From: Rhodothermales bacterium
Lineage (GTDB): Bacteria > Bacteroidota > Rhodothermia > Rhodothermales > Bin80
Reading direction: 5' to 3'
Assembly: GCA_022821875.1 (NCBI GenBank)
Contig: JAJECV010000111.1
Location: 5,072 to 69,071, forward strand
DNA length: 64,000 bases
The position numbers and the translations under genes were made by a program. Under the pieces are notes generated by a model. That model did no database searches, was not told the DNA's origin, and saw only the letters and a list, made by a program, of their open reading frames with translations. This document shows positions 1 through 10,197 of the stretch, one piece after another (position 1 is the first letter of the stretch; each line of letters opens with the position of its first letter).

Positions 1-1625
1 CCCTCTCCATAGAAGATTCCGGCATCGGGATGACCCGTGATGACCTCATTAGCCGGTTAGGGACCATCGCAAGCAGCGGGACGCTGGCATTCATTGAGGA
101 GCAGAAAGCGTCCGGGAAACCGGTGGATGCAGATATGATTGGTCAGTTCGGCGTTGGCTTTTATTCTGCATTCATGGTCGCGGATGAGATTGTGCTGGAA
201 ACTCTGCACGCCGGTGAGGATGCGAATCCGCTGATCTGGAAGAGTGATGGAACCGGTACGTATGCCATCAGTGATGGCACCCGGAACGAGCGGGGAACCA
301 GGATTACCCTGCACCTGAAGGAAGAGGCAAAAGAGTTTGCCGAGGAAACCCGTATCCGATCTATCATTCGCAAGTATTCCAATTTTGTGGACTTCCCGAT
401 CCATCTTGGTTCAGATCAGGTGAATACGCTCAAGGCACTTTGGAAGAAACGCAAGGACGAGATCACCGAAGAGGAACGCAATGAATTTTACAAGTTCATT
501 ACGGGCGACTATACGGATCCATTTGGACATCTGCACCTGCAGATTGAAGGAGTCCTCTGCTTTGAGGCCCTCCTGTTTGTGCCCGCACAGGCTCCCGTGA
601 ATCTTTTTCGGGAAGAGCGCCGGAGCGACCTCCACCTGTATTGCTCCGGAGTGTTTGTGCGGGATGATGCCGAAGAGCTTCTCCCGGAGTATCTGAGTTT
701 TGTCCGGGGGGTGGTCGATACGGATGATCTGCCCTTGAATGTGTCCAGAGAAGTTACCCAGAAAAGTCCCGTTGCCCAGCGGATCCGGTCCACGCTGACG
801 GGTAAGCTTCTTGGTCTCCTGGAGGAATGGGCGACGGAAGATGCGGAGCGCTTCGAGAAATTCTTTCACAATTTTGGTGCGGTGCTCAAGACGGGACTCT
901 GGAGTGATTTCTCCAAAAGGGATGAGCTTCTGAAACTTATGCGCTACCCCTCGACCCACAGCGAAAACCTGACCTCACTGCAAGACTATGTAAACCGGAT
1001 GACAGGGGGGCAGGAAACCATCTACTATTTACTGGCAGACTCTCTTGAGTCGGCCCGCAAGAGCCCTCATCTGGAGGGGTTTGTACGGAAAGGGATTGAG
1101 GTCCTGCTCCTGCCGGATCCGATTGATGCACTCACGCTCCCAAATGTGCAGAAGTTTGAGGAAAAGACATTTACCAGCGTAACCGGAGCAGATCTTGATT
1201 TAGGGGACGATCAGGACTCTGAATCTCTGCCCGGTGATGATCAGGACTCCCTTCTCTCGCTCTTCCGTATTCAGTTGGGGGACCGGATCCAGGATGTGAC
1301 GGTTTCCAGACGCTTAGTTGATTCGGCTGCGACATTGGTGGCACCGAAAGATGGGGTTGATCCGCAGTTGGAGCGGATGATGAAATCCATGAATCCCGAC
1401 TATGAGGGGATGAAGAAAGTACTGGAAGTCAATGTAGATCACCCGCTCATGAAAAATATTCTGGCACTCAAGTCCTCCGATGAAAATCAGGATACTCTGA
1501 TTGAGGAAGCAATCGAACAGGTCTACGAGGGAGCCCTCCTTCTGGATGGCAATCTGACCGAGCCCTCTGCATTTGTCGCACGTATGATCCGCATCCTCGT
1601 AGATGCGACCCGCACCCCTCAGTGA
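1..1625 (+). CDS. htpG: Molecular chaperone HtpG (Hsp90), 5' end outside window
   Basis: Frame open from window start (..IEDSGIGMT); Hsp90 motifs LGTIASSG, IGQFGVGFYSAF, GVVDTDDLPLNVSRE, LEVNVDHP. Confidence 0.97.
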   Translation, partial: LSIEDSGIGMTRDDLISRLGTIASSGTLAFIEEQKASGKPVDADMIGQFGVGFYSAFMVADEIVLETLHAGEDANPLIWKSDGTGTYAISDGTRNERGTRITLHLKEEAKEFAEETRIRSIIRKYSNFVDFPIHLGSDQVNTLKALWKKRKDEITEEERNEFYKFITGDYTDPFGHLHLQIEGVLCFEALLFVPAQAPVNLFREERRSDLHLYCSGVFVRDDAEELLPEYLSFVRGVVDTDDLPLNVSREVTQKSPVAQRIRSTLTGKLLGLLEEWATEDAERFEKFFHNFGAVLKTGLWSDFSKRDELLKLMRYPSTHSENLTSLQDYVNRMTGGQETIYYLLADSLESARKSPHLEGFVRKGIEVLLLPDPIDALTLPNVQKFEEKTFTSVTGADLDLGDDQDSESLPGDDQDSLLSLFRIQLGDRIQDVTVSRRLVDSAATLVAPKDGVDPQLERMMKSMNPDYEGMKKVLEVNVDHPLMKNILALKSSDENQDTLIEEAIEQVYEGALLLDGNLTEPSAFVARMIRILVDATRTPQ

Positions 1626-2512
1626 CCTCTATTTTGAAAACCAACGCTCTTCTGGGAGGTATTGAAGCAGGGGGAACGAAATTCGTCTGTGCAATTGGCG
1701 ATCCGCCAGATGACATTCACGCCGTAGAGCGATTTCCTACCACTACGCCGGAAGAAACAATTCGCCGGTCGGTGGACTTTTTCCGTGCACAGCCCCGGCT
1801 GCCGGATTCCGTTGGCATCGCCACCTTTGGCCCCGCCGATGTGCGGCCGGGCTCTGAGACCTATGGCTTTATTACCGGCACTCCAAAAGCGGGCTGGTCA
1901 AATACCGACCTGGCTGGACGGATCAGGCAGGAATTGCAGTGTTCTATTGCCTTTGATACGGATGTCAATGGTGCCGCTGTCGGCGAGCATCGGTGGGGGG
2001 CAGGGCAGGGAAAACAGAATCTTCTCTATCTTACGATCGGGACAGGTTTCGGGGGTGGAGCACTGGTGAATGGGCAGCCGATTCATGGACTGGTACACCC
2101 GGAAATGGGCCATCTTTCCTTGCCGCGTGCGGAAGGAGATGACTTCGAGGGGATCTGCCCCTTTCACGGCACCTGTCTGGAGGGTATGGCGACCGGCCCG
2201 GCGATTCAGGCACGTTTCGGTGTTCCTGCCGAGTCTCTTCCGTCCGACCATATCGCATGGTCGTTTGTGGTGCATTACCTCTCATATGCTGTAACCAACC
2301 TGATCCTGACGCTGTCACCGGAGCGGGTCATCATGGGGGGCGGTGTGATGCAGCAGGAGCATTTATTTCCTGCTGTTCGTTCACGCGTTCAGTCCCATCT
2401 GAACGGGTATGTCCAGGCAAGAGAGTTGACCCGTGAGATTGATCAGTATATTGTTCCGCCCGGACTTGGAAGCAGGGCCGGTGTGCTGGGGGCGATGGCA
2501 CTTACCCTGTAG
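1622..2512 (+). CDS. ROK-family sugar kinase (fructokinase-like)
   Basis: GIEAGGTKFVC, DTDVNGAA, TIGTGFGGG, HPEMGH, CPFHGTCLEG; overlaps htpG stop. Confidence 0.92.
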   Translation: MTSILKTNALLGGIEAGGTKFVCAIGDPPDDIHAVERFPTTTPEETIRRSVDFFRAQPRLPDSVGIATFGPADVRPGSETYGFITGTPKAGWSNTDLAGRIRQELQCSIAFDTDVNGAAVGEHRWGAGQGKQNLLYLTIGTGFGGGALVNGQPIHGLVHPEMGHLSLPRAEGDDFEGICPFHGTCLEGMATGPAIQARFGVPAESLPSDHIAWSFVVHYLSYAVTNLILTLSPERVIMGGGVMQQEHLFPAVRSRVQSHLNGYVQARELTREIDQYIVPPGLGSRAGVLGAMALTL

Positions 2513-2987
2513 GAGACCGTCTGCGTTCCGGAGTGTATGAGAGGAAGCCTGCACGAAGGCTGGTTCATGTATTGATATGTCTAGATATGGTGGGGATCGG
2601 TATTTGAAAGCAGCATTGGAGAGATGAATGGGCTGCTAACGATGAAGGGTCCAGAGTTTATGCTCGTATGGATCAGAGAACTCCGGAATATGTTTCTCAT
2701 GGAGCCTTTTGAGCATTCCGTACAGGCGTAACTGTCTGGAATTGTTTGCGGGTCTTTTCAGATATCCTTCACAGTTCGGCCCTTTCAGATCCGCGAAGCA
2801 GCCCTGTAATTTTTTGAAAACCCCCTGCACGGGATTCCCAAATCCGATCATGCTCAGCCCTCTGAATATCATCCCAATGTTGCATACAAATCATTCAGAC
2901 CGTATATTGTACGGCAATACTTAATTGATTTAGCACATTAGCGGCTGTGCCTGTGTTTATTAGATGCGCCCAAAATTAGTGTGAGCA

Positions 2988-5900
2988 ATGAGACTAGACT
3001 TTATCGGTAAACTGGAAGATAAAATACTTTCGGTCGAAGGGCCTGTTTTTAGCTTGTCTTTCTTCGACGACCTCCCGTGTACCCCCCCCATTTTTTGCCG
3101 GAGATACCGATGGCGTGATGTTGCAGATGGATGGATTCTCGCCTTCGCAGCGGCTATTTTCCTGCTTGCAGGAGTGGCAGTCCCCTTCGCTACGATCCAG
3201 GCGGCAGAATTGATATCGTTTCCGTTACATGCAGATAAAACAGGAGAAACGGAACAGCACGGCGACACAGTCTCCGGCAAATATGATCAAGAAGTCCAGG
3301 GGATACGCATACACACCCCAGTGGATTTTAGAAGATCAGATCATCGGCGTGTGGACGCGGCATACGCAGGCAAAAATAGGCCGCTTCCAGTTGCACAGGT
3401 GGCAGCGAATCAGGGAGGAGAGAATGAGCATGTCAGAACTGCTGGCGGGGCTGCGGCTTCACTGGACGATAGCATTTTAGAACCGCATAGGGAGCCACTG
3501 ATCCACCTATTGCCAGAACAATCCTCCGAGGCGGCATCTCACTACCGGGGAAGTGCGCCCCAGGTCGGGGCCGTGCCGACAGTGACGATTAGCGGATTAC
3601 CGGAGAAGATCAACACCACTAATAAGACACACATGTTAACCTTCATGTTTTCGGAGGCTGTAACGGGGTTTGAGAAGTCAGATATAGAGGTGGTTGGGGG
3701 TGTCAAAGGCGGGTTCAACCGTTACTTAAATCAACGCCGCTTTGATTTGACTATCTTTATTTTTGATACAGATGATGTGACGGTCACTGTAAAGGCGAAT
3801 TCGGCGACAGGTAGCGACAACCAAACCGGCCCGGCAACGGCCGTATCTGCCACAGCAGTCTGGGATGCGACGGCTCCAACCGTTGAGATTACCGGTGTTC
3901 CAAGCAAAATCAGTTCCACCGCCAATTTTACGGCCGCCTTCAATTTCTCGGAGACGGTGACCGAGTTTGTAAAGGCGGATGTGATGGTGAGCGGCGGGAC
4001 CAAAGGTGGTTTTTCCGGGAGCGGGAGTCGCTATAGTCTGGTGGTTACCCCAGCCGGTCAATCTGATGTAACCGTCACCGTAAAAGCAAACTCAGCGACG
4101 GATGGTCTCAATACGGGCCCGGCATCGGCGGTCTCGGCCACAGCAGTCTGGGAGATCGCCAGACCACCAACGGTAGAGATCACCGGGGTGCCGGCGAACA
4201 TCAATTCAACAGCGGTCATCACCGCAAATTTCATTTTTTCGGAAGCGGTGACCGGGTTTGTAAAGGGAGATGCGACGGTGAGCGGCGGGACCAAAGGCAG
4301 CTTTTCCGGGAGCGGGAGTCGTTATAGTCTGGCGATCACGCCGGCCGGCGGGTCGGATGTAACGGTCACTGTAAAGGCGAACTCGGCTATAGGCAGTGAC
4401 GGCAACATCACCGGCCCGGAATCTGCGGTCAGTGCCACGGCGATCTGGAATACGGCACCGAACTTGGCCATCACCGGGGTACCCGATAAGATCAATTCTA
4501 TGACGGCTTTTACGGCGATGTTTACATTTTCGGAGGATGTGACCGAGTTTGTAAAGGGAGATGTGACGGTGAGCGGCGGTACAAAAGGTGCTTTTTCCGG
4601 GAACGGGAGTCGTTACAGTCTGGTGGTCACACCGACCGGCGGAGTGAATGTGGTGGTAGAAGTGGCGGCGAACGCGGCGACAGACGGTTTTAACACCGGG
4701 CCGGCAACGGCGGTCAGCGCCACCGCGATCTGGGACGCGACGGCACCGACGGTGGCTATCACCGGGGTGCCGGCCAAGATCAATTCCATGACCGCTTTTA
4801 CGGCGACGTTTACCTTTTCGGAGGATGTGACAGGATTTGAAACGGGGGATGTGACGGTGACCGGCGGCATGAAAAGCAGTTTTACTGGAAGTAGAAGCAG
4901 TTACAGTCTGGAAGTCACGCCGGCGGGAGGCTCCAATGTAACGGTAGAAGTGGCGGTGAACGCGGCGACGGATGGTCTGAATACCGGCCCGGCATCGGCG
5001 GTCTTGGCGACGGCGACGTGGGATGCGGTAGCATTGACTGTTAACATCACTGGTGTTCCAGACAGGATCAATTCCACGACCGATTTTACGGCGGTGTTTA
5101 CATTTTCGGAGGATGTGACCGGATTTGAAACGGGGGATGTGACAGTGACCGGTGGGACGAAGGGTGCTTTTTCCGGGAGCGGGAGCCGTTACAGTCTGGT
5201 GGTCACGCCAACGGGCGGGGAAAATGTAACGGTGGAGGTGACAGCGAATTCGATAACGAATGGTTCCAACACCGGACCAGAATCAGCGGTATCGGCCACG
5301 GCGATCTGGAACGATATTGTGACCACGGTGCCGGAGGCACCTGCGAATTTAATCGCAACGGCTTCTGGACAAACCGAGATTACCCTTTCCTGGAATGCTC
5401 CATCTGACAATGGCGGGGCTGCAATTACGGGGTATCAGATTGAGGTGTCGCCGGATGCGGGAGATACCTGGTCGGATCTGGAGGCAAACACCGGAAGTAC
5501 GGCCACGACCTACATGCACACGGGGCTGACTGAGGGGGACACAAGACATTACCGCGTCTCTGCAATTAATTCGGTCGGCACCGGTATGCCTTCGAATGTG
5601 GCCAGCGCAACAACAGAGGCTACCGCTGCACCGGATTCCCCGACAGGATTTACCGCAAAGGCATCCGGTCCAAACGCAATCCTTCTTTCCTGGAGTGCTC
5701 CATCGAATCATGGCGGGGCCGTGATTACCGGGTATCAGATTGAATGGTCCACGGATGCGGGAGACACCTGGTCCGATCTGGTGGCGGACACCCGCAGTAC
5801 GGCAACCACCTACACGCATACGGGGCTTGCAGCGGCAACCAGATACGATTATCGCGTTTCTGCGATCAATTCGGTTGGGGCAGGTACGCCCTCCAATGTA

Positions 5901-7109
5901 GACAATGCAACAACGGATTCTGCCACGGTGCCGGATGTTCCTACGGAACTCACCGTAGCGGCTTCCGGGCCGGCAGAGATCACGCTTTCCTGGACGGCTC
6001 CCTCGAATAATGGTGGAGCAGCAATTACGGGGTATCGTATTCAGGTCTCTTCGGATGCGGGCGGCACCTGGGCAGATCTGGTCAAAGACACCGAAAGCGC
6101 GGCCACCACCTATACGCATACGGGGCTGACCGAGGGCGACAAAAGATCTTACCGCGTCTATGCGATCAATGCCGTTGGTGAAAGTGCGGATCCCTCCAAT
6201 GTGGACCATGTGGTGATCTCCGTGCCGGATGTGCCGACAGAACTCACCGCAACAGCTTCCGGGCAGACGGAGATCAACCTGTCCTGGACGGCACCCTCTA
6301 ATCCCGGCGGAGCCCCTGTCAGCGGGTATCACATTGAGATCTCTTCGGATGCAGGCGAGAGTTGGTCTGATCTCGTCCAGAACACAGAGGGCAGCGAGAC
6401 CACCTATACGCATACGGGGCTTGCCCCCGAAACGACACGTCATTACCGCGCCCGTGCGATCAACCCGGTTGGATCAAGTGCGCCCTCCAATGTCGCCAGT
6501 GCCACGACAGAGGCGGCCTTGCGGGTACCCGGCATGCCGACCAGTGTGGAGGCGGTTGCCGAGGGGCAGGAAGCGGTGAACCTGTCCTGGTCCGCCCCGG
6601 TGGACGATGGGGGGACCCCCGTCACCGGCTATCAGGTTGAGATGTCCGAGGATGCCGGATTCACCTGGGAGAAGCTCGCCGACGTGACGGCCACGGCCTA
6701 TCGCCATACATTCCCTCCCTCCGTCGCCACCCGCTTTTACCGGGTGACGGCAAGGAATGCGGTGGGGCTCGGCATGTCCTCCGGGGCCATTCATGTCCTG
6801 CCGGATCCCACGACCTCCATAGAATCTCTGGGGGAGGAGATTCCGACGGACTTCGTGCTGGAGCAGAATTACCCGAATCCATTCAATCCGACGACGGCCA
6901 TTGAATTTTCGCTGACCCGAACCGGACCGGTGACGCTCACCGTGTATGATTTGCTGGGGCAGAAGGTGCAGACCTTGCTGGATCGTGTGCAGCCTGCCGG
7001 TCGCCACAGTGTGCGGTTCAGCGGGGCAGGGCTGGCCAGTGACACCTATCTTTATATCCTTCAAACTGAAGAAGAGAGAGCCGTCAAAATGATGATGCTG
7101 CTGAAGTAG
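2988..7109 (+). CDS. Large secreted protein: 6 bacterial Ig-like repeats, 5 fibronectin type III repeats, T9SS type A C-terminal sorting domain
   Basis: Repeats PTVxITGVP..FxFSExVTxF (x6), FN3 LSWxAPxxxGGxxITGY..YRVxAxN (x5), C-terminal LEQNYPNPFNPTT..KMMMLLK. Start codon uncertain. Confidence 0.9.
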   Translation: MRLDFIGKLEDKILSVEGPVFSLSFFDDLPCTPPIFCRRYRWRDVADGWILAFAAAIFLLAGVAVPFATIQAAELISFPLHADKTGETEQHGDTVSGKYDQEVQGIRIHTPVDFRRSDHRRVDAAYAGKNRPLPVAQVAANQGGENEHVRTAGGAAASLDDSILEPHREPLIHLLPEQSSEAASHYRGSAPQVGAVPTVTISGLPEKINTTNKTHMLTFMFSEAVTGFEKSDIEVVGGVKGGFNRYLNQRRFDLTIFIFDTDDVTVTVKANSATGSDNQTGPATAVSATAVWDATAPTVEITGVPSKISSTANFTAAFNFSETVTEFVKADVMVSGGTKGGFSGSGSRYSLVVTPAGQSDVTVTVKANSATDGLNTGPASAVSATAVWEIARPPTVEITGVPANINSTAVITANFIFSEAVTGFVKGDATVSGGTKGSFSGSGSRYSLAITPAGGSDVTVTVKANSAIGSDGNITGPESAVSATAIWNTAPNLAITGVPDKINSMTAFTAMFTFSEDVTEFVKGDVTVSGGTKGAFSGNGSRYSLVVTPTGGVNVVVEVAANAATDGFNTGPATAVSATAIWDATAPTVAITGVPAKINSMTAFTATFTFSEDVTGFETGDVTVTGGMKSSFTGSRSSYSLEVTPAGGSNVTVEVAVNAATDGLNTGPASAVLATATWDAVALTVNITGVPDRINSTTDFTAVFTFSEDVTGFETGDVTVTGGTKGAFSGSGSRYSLVVTPTGGENVTVEVTANSITNGSNTGPESAVSATAIWNDIVTTVPEAPANLIATASGQTEITLSWNAPSDNGGAAITGYQIEVSPDAGDTWSDLEANTGSTATTYMHTGLTEGDTRHYRVSAINSVGTGMPSNVASATTEATAAPDSPTGFTAKASGPNAILLSWSAPSNHGGAVITGYQIEWSTDAGDTWSDLVADTRSTATTYTHTGLAAATRYDYRVSAINSVGAGTPSNVDNATTDSATVPDVPTELTVAASGPAEITLSWTAPSNNGGAAITGYRIQVSSDAGGTWADLVKDTESAATTYTHTGLTEGDKRSYRVYAINAVGESADPSNVDHVVISVPDVPTELTATASGQTEINLSWTAPSNPGGAPVSGYHIEISSDAGESWSDLVQNTEGSETTYTHTGLAPETTRHYRARAINPVGSSAPSNVASATTEAALRVPGMPTSVEAVAEGQEAVNLSWSAPVDDGGTPVTGYQVEMSEDAGFTWEKLADVTATAYRHTFPPSVATRFYRVTARNAVGLGMSSGAIHVLPDPTTSIESLGEEIPTDFVLEQNYPNPFNPTTAIEFSLTRTGPVTLTVYDLLGQKVQTLLDRVQPAGRHSVRFSGAGLASDTYLYILQTEEERAVKMMMLLK
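3577..5320 (+). repeat. Six ~290-bp intragenic Ig-like domain repeats
   Basis: Recurrent DNA blocks such as ttttcggaggatgtgac and ttttccgggagcgggagtcg at roughly 290-bp spacing. Confidence 0.85.
5328..6810 (+). repeat. Five ~300-bp intragenic FN3 repeats
   Basis: Recurrent tcctggacggc/tcctggaatgc, ggggtatcagattga and acgcatacggggct blocks. Confidence 0.85.
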
Positions 7110-7489
7110 TCATTTCGCAGGTGTATTTCTGGAACGGAAGTATGAACGAAAAAGTGCAGGAGGTGGATATTTTGTCTGTGTTCCCATTTCGCTCACTGGA
7201 GTAGGTTTGCGTGTGTATTCAGATGAAATTACCCGGGTATTCGCTTGCGTTTTAAGTTACACATGAAGGATAGGCTCAGAAAGAACAATGATGCTTGAGG
7301 TTGATCAGTAGATCGTCCCACCCGGACTTGGAAATAGGGCCGGTGTACTGGAATCGAAGAGATTCTTCCGGCAGTGTTCCATCTGTATTCTGGAGGTTAT
7401 GTGAAGAAGTATATGACGAGGGATATGGCACCGATTCATCAATTGTTTCGCTACCGAGCACCAAGGGTACATCCGATAAGGATGACAGA

Positions 7490-9256
7490 TCATAGATCCC
7501 TCTCTCGTTTGAGGCGAAGGGTTGGAGTTGATCCACGGGGACCGGACCATTCAGGGATGCGATGGTCATTGTACAGGCGTGTCCTCTGCAGGTCTAAAGC
7601 CAAAAATACGTCATCTAGTGAGGGGATAGACTCCTTTAATGCGGGCAACCGGGCCTTTGCCTCCAGAAGAAACCGTTCCCTCGTTGCTGCTTCTTTGCGG
7701 TAGGCATTCTCCCACCAAGTCATAATCCGGTCCTGTGCTTCCCGGATGGTAATATTGTTGGGCAAATAGTCTCTCTTGCTGCGGTTGACCGTTTTGCTGG
7801 AAGGCATCAAATTCCAAAGATCGTCGCATGGCCATACTGCCCAGGGCAGACAGTGGTCAATATCCATGTTTCCGGCCTGCAACTTCTTACCCGTCCATAC
7901 GCAATGGATTGACTGAGTGTCCAGCAGTGCCAGCGCACGCTTACGGACTTCCAATTGATTGCGGTCAGGTTCATAGGGACGCATCAGTCGCCTTAGTTTC
8001 AGTTCGTCTACCTGTCTGTTCTGTCGCTCCGCATATCGGCGTATCAGCCGGATCCATTCCTCAACCAGAGCGGGTTCAATCCACACATTATACCGCAGGA
8101 GTGCCTGCCAGAGGTGAATGGGGACGGTCATTTCTCCGAACTGCGAAAAATACTCCTCGTTCAGTGTGATGGAACGGCGGACTTTGAGACGCTTCTTGGT
8201 TACCCTGAAAATCGGCCGCCCATCCGGATAATTGAGATGTTTCACTGGCATTTTTGCAATTGTTGCCGCGGCATCTCGAATGGATTTTGTCAAATCCATC
8301 CCGCGGTCAGAATGCAGTGATGCGCCGGTTCGGAGTTGGGTAACATCCTGTGGGTTTGGGATAAACTTTTCGAGATCATCTTTGACAAATCCGATGCGCT
8401 GACCACCGGATTCATTGTCCGGTCTCTGGGGCATGTCTTCGTTCAGTAAAGGGAGATAGAGCTGGATCCAGGAAAGCGCTACCGCTCCCAGCGGGATTGC
8501 CACCTGATCCGGGCCGGATTCACGCGCCAAACCAGGCGAAATGCTGGCCACTCTGCACAGAGATCGAAGCAGTGCAAGCTTGTAGGTCGAAGATTTATCA
8601 TCAAGCAGTACGATCCGCCGAACAAGCGGCAATGCGCCCGTACCGTCATCCGGCAGACGGACGATGATATGGTGCCATTTTACACCCGGCCGTCCAAGTA
8701 AGTCCTCCACTTCCTGAGTAAATTCAACATAGGCACCGTGTCCCTGTGCAAGCGCTTCAATTTCAGAAACAGAAGTCGGGTGCATCCCTCGATGGGACTC
8801 GCACGGTGTGCGCAGTGTGAATGCGATGATCCCCCGAGGTTTCAGGAGGGTGATCAGTTTCCGAAAGCTTCGTTCACGCTGCGTTTCGGGAATGAACATC
8901 CAAACCGCATTCAGCAGGATCAGATCAAATGACATGCCACTCACGACACCTGTCTTTTTAAGGTCGGGCAGCCGGTCTTCCACTAAGGTAAAGGGGGGCT
9001 TAGAATCATGCAGTTTGGCCTTGGCTGCCTGATATAGCTGTGGGTCAGGCTCCACTGCACACACACTGTGTCCCTTCGACGCAAACCAAGCCGCATCCCG
9101 GCCACTGCCGGTACCGATATCCAGAATGCAGGCACGCTCCTTCGGAATATAAGGATCCAGCCAGGCATTGAGTTTTCCGGTATCAACGGAATCGTAACCG
9201 GCCGCACGCTGCCTAATGTCAGACTCCGAAAATAAATCAGCCTCAATGCGGTTCAT
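7490..9256 (-). CDS. Class I SAM-dependent methyltransferase fused to an HNH endonuclease
   Basis: N-term LDIGTGSGRDA SAM motif; central KSSTYKLALL; C-term CVWTG..DIDHCLPW..WNLMPS..VNRSK HNH motif. Confidence 0.88.
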   Translation of the reverse strand: MNRIEADLFSESDIRQRAAGYDSVDTGKLNAWLDPYIPKERACILDIGTGSGRDAAWFASKGHSVCAVEPDPQLYQAAKAKLHDSKPPFTLVEDRLPDLKKTGVVSGMSFDLILLNAVWMFIPETQRERSFRKLITLLKPRGIIAFTLRTPCESHRGMHPTSVSEIEALAQGHGAYVEFTQEVEDLLGRPGVKWHHIIVRLPDDGTGALPLVRRIVLLDDKSSTYKLALLRSLCRVASISPGLARESGPDQVAIPLGAVALSWIQLYLPLLNEDMPQRPDNESGGQRIGFVKDDLEKFIPNPQDVTQLRTGASLHSDRGMDLTKSIRDAAATIAKMPVKHLNYPDGRPIFRVTKKRLKVRRSITLNEEYFSQFGEMTVPIHLWQALLRYNVWIEPALVEEWIRLIRRYAERQNRQVDELKLRRLMRPYEPDRNQLEVRKRALALLDTQSIHCVWTGKKLQAGNMDIDHCLPWAVWPCDDLWNLMPSSKTVNRSKRDYLPNNITIREAQDRIMTWWENAYRKEAATRERFLLEAKARLPALKESIPSLDDVFLALDLQRTRLYNDHRIPEWSGPRGSTPTLRLKRERDL

Positions 9257-9318
9257 GCAGAATCTTTATTTTCGGGCTATTTTTTCAGACACGAAGCAGG
9301 TAATACTGAAAATCAGGT

Positions 9319-9966
9319 TCATTGCCGGGCTTTTGCAATACTGGCATGCAGGGTGCGGGCATGTTCGGTAAGTATGGAGAGTTGACCACTTTGAACCGCT
9401 TCCGTGTCAAATAAAGCATTGCCTAATCCCACGGCAGCAGCACCTGCACGGATCCATTCCCCTGCATTTTCAGGAGTCACTCCCCCTGTGGGCACCAGCT
9501 TTAAATGTGGCAGCGGGGCTAAAATTGCCCGGATATAGCCGAGCCCCAGCTGTCCTGCAGGAAAAACCTTCACCATATCTGCGCCATATTCGTGAGCGAT
9601 TTGTATTTCGGTAGGAGTCAGTGCACCTGGCAGAACGGGTAATCCATGCGCATGTCCGGCATGGATCACATCTTTTCTGGTGATCGGGCACACAATAAAG
9701 TCTGCTCCCGCAGCAGCGGCAGCATGTGCCTGCTTTTCGGTAATTACGGATCCTGCTCCAATCAGGATTTCAGCATCGCAGGATTTCCGGAGTGTCTCTA
9801 TAGAGGTCAGTGCATCTGGCGTTGTGAGCGTAATTTCAAGGACTGTGACACCTCCATGTATGAGGGCATCCACCGCTGGCTTGAGCGGTAATGCTTCTTG
9901 AAGACGCAAAACCGCGATTGCACCGGAGGTGATCAGTTTTTTTGTCAGCAGGCTACGATTTTCCAT
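9319..9966 (-). CDS. eda: KDPG/KHG aldolase
   Basis: IAVLR, LEITL, GAGSV, PGALTPTE, VKVFPA, VPTGGV motifs. Confidence 0.93.
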   Translation of the reverse strand: MENRSLLTKKLITSGAIAVLRLQEALPLKPAVDALIHGGVTVLEITLTTPDALTSIETLRKSCDAEILIGAGSVITEKQAHAAAAAGADFIVCPITRKDVIHAGHAHGLPVLPGALTPTEIQIAHEYGADMVKVFPAGQLGLGYIRAILAPLPHLKLVPTGGVTPENAGEWIRAGAAAVGLGNALFDTEAVQSGQLSILTEHARTLHASIAKARQ

Positions 9967-10197
9967 CTTTTATCGCAAAATTATGAAGCCTTTTCTGCTT
10001 CGTCTCGTATACGGCTCAGGCAGATCTGCCCGTAGATTTTCATTGAATATACGGGTACAGATCTGATCATTGCGAACGGCCTCCAGATTTACTCATTCTG
10101 AGTGTCTGGACGTTCTTATCAAATTCCCCAAAATACGGTTATCATGGATTATCTAGCTTCAATCGCAGGACCCGGTGCAGAGACACACCGAGAAACA

